Shown piece after piece: positions 61,745 to 64,000 of a stretch of 64,000 nt of DNA. The stretch spans positions 1,696,001 through 1,760,000 of the forward strand of contig OY764159.1 in NCBI GenBank assembly GCA_963668175.1. Reading direction: 5' to 3'. The position numbers were made by a program, and so were the translations under genes. Numbering within the stretch: position 1 is the stretch's first letter; the number at the start of each line of letters is the position of its first letter. Below the pieces are notes generated by a model that had not been told where the DNA came from, did no database searches, and was given only the letters and a program-made list of their open reading frames with translations. Source of the stretch: Syntrophales bacterium (lineage in GTDB: Bacteria > Desulfobacterota > Syntrophia > Syntrophales > PHBD01).

Positions 61745-62608
61745 ATGAAAATCAATACAATAGGAGTAATCGGGGCGGGGAACATGGGGCGTCAGATCGC
61801 CCTGCAGTGCGCCCTGTCGGGTTTCGAGGTTTACTGCACGGACACGATCGCCGTTGTTCTGCAAAGCGCCGAGGCCTTTTCGCGCAAGTGGCTCGCCGAC
61901 CGCGTCGCCAAGGGCAAGATGGCCGAGGATGAAGCGAAGACGGTAGGCGCCCGCCTGCACTATACGGCCGAACTGGCCGAGGCCGCCAAGGGCGCAGACC
62001 TCATCATCGAAGCCATCATCGAGATATTGGAAACGAAGCGGACGCTCTTCAAAGAGCTGGACAAGCTCTGTCCGGCCCACACGATCCTTGCGACCAACAG
62101 CTCGTACATCGTGAGTTCCAGGATCGCCGACGCCACGAAACGGCCCGACAAGGTCCTGAACATGCACTTCTTCAACCCGGCCCTCGTCATGAAGCTCGTC
62201 GAGGTCGTCCAGGGTCCCCACGTCTCCGACGAAACGGTCGAGACGGTCATCGAAGTCGGCAAGGCGTTGGGCAAGGTGCCCACACGGGTGAACAAGGAGA
62301 TCTACGGCTTCATCTGCAACCGGATGTTCAGCGCCATCACCAAGGAGGCCTGCTATCTCCTGGATCTGGGCATCGCCTCCATCGAAGACATCGACAACGC
62401 CGCGAAGAACGGCCTGGGGCATCCGATGGGTCCCCTGCAGCTCCTCGACATGACGGGCATCGACCTCGAATACTACGTCTCCATGGAACGTTACCAGGAG
62501 ACGCGGAACCTCGCCGACAAGCCGAGTCCCGGCCTCGTGGAGCGTTACGCCCGGGGCGACTACGGCAGGAAGACGGGCAAGGGATTCTACGATTACACGA
62601 AGAAGTGA
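61745..62608 (+). CDS. 3-hydroxyacyl-CoA dehydrogenase
   Basis: GVIGAGNMG, IIEAIIE, LATNSS, MHFFNP, GFICNR, GHPMGP. Confidence 0.93.
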   Translation: MKINTIGVIGAGNMGRQIALQCALSGFEVYCTDTIAVVLQSAEAFSRKWLADRVAKGKMAEDEAKTVGARLHYTAELAEAAKGADLIIEAIIEILETKRTLFKELDKLCPAHTILATNSSYIVSSRIADATKRPDKVLNMHFFNPALVMKLVEVVQGPHVSDETVETVIEVGKALGKVPTRVNKEIYGFICNRMFSAITKEACYLLDLGIASIEDIDNAAKNGLGHPMGPLQLLDMTGIDLEYYVSMERYQETRNLADKPSPGLVERYARGDYGRKTGKGFYDYTKK

Positions 62609-62639
62609 GACGGCGACGTTTTCCGGAAAGGATAGAGAC

Positions 62640-63404
62640 ATGAATTACGAAAACATTCAGTTCGCGGTGAGCGGGGCGACGGCCGTTTTAATGCTGAACC
62701 GTCCGAAGGCGATGAACGCCCTGAACCGCGCGCTTGTGGACGAACTGGACCATGCCGTGGACCGGATCGCGAACGACCCGTCCATCGCGGCGGTTGTCCT
62801 CTCGGGCGAGAAGAACTTCGCGGCGGGGGCGGACATCACGTCGATGGTGGAGATGGACCCGGAAGCGGCGAAGGCGTTTGCCTTCACGCCGGCGTATCAG
62901 AAGATCGAAGACCTGGCAAAGCCGACGATTGCCGCGATATCGGGCTTCGCCCTGGGGGGCGGCCTGGAGCTGGCCCTGGCGTGCGACATCCGGATCGCCG
63001 GTCCCGATGCGAAGCTTGCCTTCCCCGAGATCAATATAGGGATATTCCCCGGCGCCGGGGGGACGCAGCGTCTGCCCCGGCTGGTGGGACCCGCCCGGGC
63101 AAAGGAGCTGATCTTCCTGGGGACGACGCTCGACGCCCAGAAGGCGCTCGAATACGGTCTCGTGAACAGCATCGCGGACGATCCGCTGGATGCGGCCATG
63201 AAGATGGCGTTGAAGCTGGCGGGGAAGCCCGCCGTGGCCCTGGCGCGCGCGAAGGAATGCATCAACATCGCCTCGGAGTCGGGCCTTAAGGCGGGACTGA
63301 AAGCCGAGGCGGAGAAATGGGGCAGCCTCTTTACGACGGCGGACCAGAAGGAAGGCATGCGGGCCTTCCTGGAGAAGAGGAAACCGGTCTACACGGGCCG
63401 ATAA
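62640..63404 (+). CDS. Enoyl-CoA hydratase (crotonase)
   Basis: LNRPKAMNAL, FAAGADI, ALGGGLELALACD, PEINIGIFPGAGGTQRL, EGMRAFLEKR. Confidence 0.94.
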   Translation: MNYENIQFAVSGATAVLMLNRPKAMNALNRALVDELDHAVDRIANDPSIAAVVLSGEKNFAAGADITSMVEMDPEAAKAFAFTPAYQKIEDLAKPTIAAISGFALGGGLELALACDIRIAGPDAKLAFPEINIGIFPGAGGTQRLPRLVGPARAKELIFLGTTLDAQKALEYGLVNSIADDPLDAAMKMALKLAGKPAVALARAKECINIASESGLKAGLKAEAEKWGSLFTTADQKEGMRAFLEKRKPVYTGR

Positions 63405-63422
63405 CACACAGAAGGAGCAGTT

Positions 63423-64000
63423 ATGAGAGACGTGGTCATTATCGGCGGTGCGAGAACCGCCATTGGAAACTATATGGGATCGCTGGCGGGGTTCAACTCC
63501 GTCGCGCTGGGCATCTTTGCGCTGAAAGGCGCCCTTGAGAAGACGGGGGTGGCCATGGGCGACCTGGAGTGCCTCGTTGCTGGTCACGTGAACCAGGCGG
63601 GTGCGCCGGGGAACTCGGCCAGACACATCGCCATGCGGGCGGGCCTGCCGATTACGTCCTACGCCTACACGGTGCACCAGCAGTGCGCATCGTCCATGCG
63701 TGCGGCGGAGTGCCTGTCCCAGGACATCATGCTGGGGAAGTACGACGTGGGCGTCGTGGTGGGCATCGAGTCCATGAGCACGGCGCCGTATCTCCTGATG
63801 GGCGCCCGGAAGGGATACCGCCTCGGGGATGCGGAAAAGGTGCAGGACAGCCTCATGATCGGGGGCCTGGTCGACGATCTTCTGGGTTATCACATGGGGA
63901 TCACGGCGGAGAACATCGCGGCCGATTACGGGATCACGCGTGAAGAGCAGGACGAGTTTGCCCTCATGAGCAACATGCGGGCGTGCAAGGCGATCCAGGA
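63423..64000 (+). CDS. Acetyl-CoA C-acyltransferase (thiolase), 3'-truncated by window end
   Basis: Not in ORF track; ATG 63423 after AAGGAG: MRDVVIIGGARTAIG...TVHQQCASSM...GIESMS...HMGITAE. Confidence 0.92.
   Translation, partial: MRDVVIIGGARTAIGNYMGSLAGFNSVALGIFALKGALEKTGVAMGDLECLVAGHVNQAGAPGNSARHIAMRAGLPITSYAYTVHQQCASSMRAAECLSQDIMLGKYDVGVVVGIESMSTAPYLLMGARKGYRLGDAEKVQDSLMIGGLVDDLLGYHMGITAENIAADYGITREEQDEFALMSNMRACKAIQ

Noticed and set aside
1..64000. CRISPR array, rRNA, intact transposase or integrase, integron attC array
   Set aside because: No regularly spaced repeats or diagnostic motifs seen by eye; a weak or short array could be missed without a computational scan

Overview
A 64 kb GC-rich bacterial chromosome segment; gene content (MCPs, beta-oxidation genes, phoH-HD-ybeY, corC-lnt-prfB) suggests an anaerobic deltaproteobacterium of the Syntrophales type (inference). 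Housekeeping blocks (leuA-leuD with an unannotated Leu/Ile leader-peptide attenuator, FMN-riboswitch ribB, murJ, radical SAM-corC-lnt-prfB with +1 frameshift, mltD, ybeY-HD-phoH, M20/M16 peptidases, DEAD-box helicase, tRNA-Lys, hbd-crt-thiolase) alternate with accessory patches. No CRISPR array, rRNA or intact integrase/transposase was seen. Most notable: (1) a UbiA prenyltransferase next to an ICMT/PEMT-like methyltransferase fused to an FtsX/MacB ABC permease plus its ATPase; (2) two tandem ~1 kb units sharing end sequences but carrying different genes; (3) an integrase-less islet at tRNA-Lys carrying a lower-GC Hanks-type kinase; (4) a probable ~6.5 kb inversion bounded by a 12-bp inverted repeat next to a MITE-like element; (5) a sigma54-type promoter driving a Ser/Thr-rich protein plus TPR-glycosyltransferase; (6) an Ltp2-like aldolase/DUF35 pair; (7) a 92-aa protein built from four His-containing repeats. 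All family assignments are from motif recognition by eye, not database searches.
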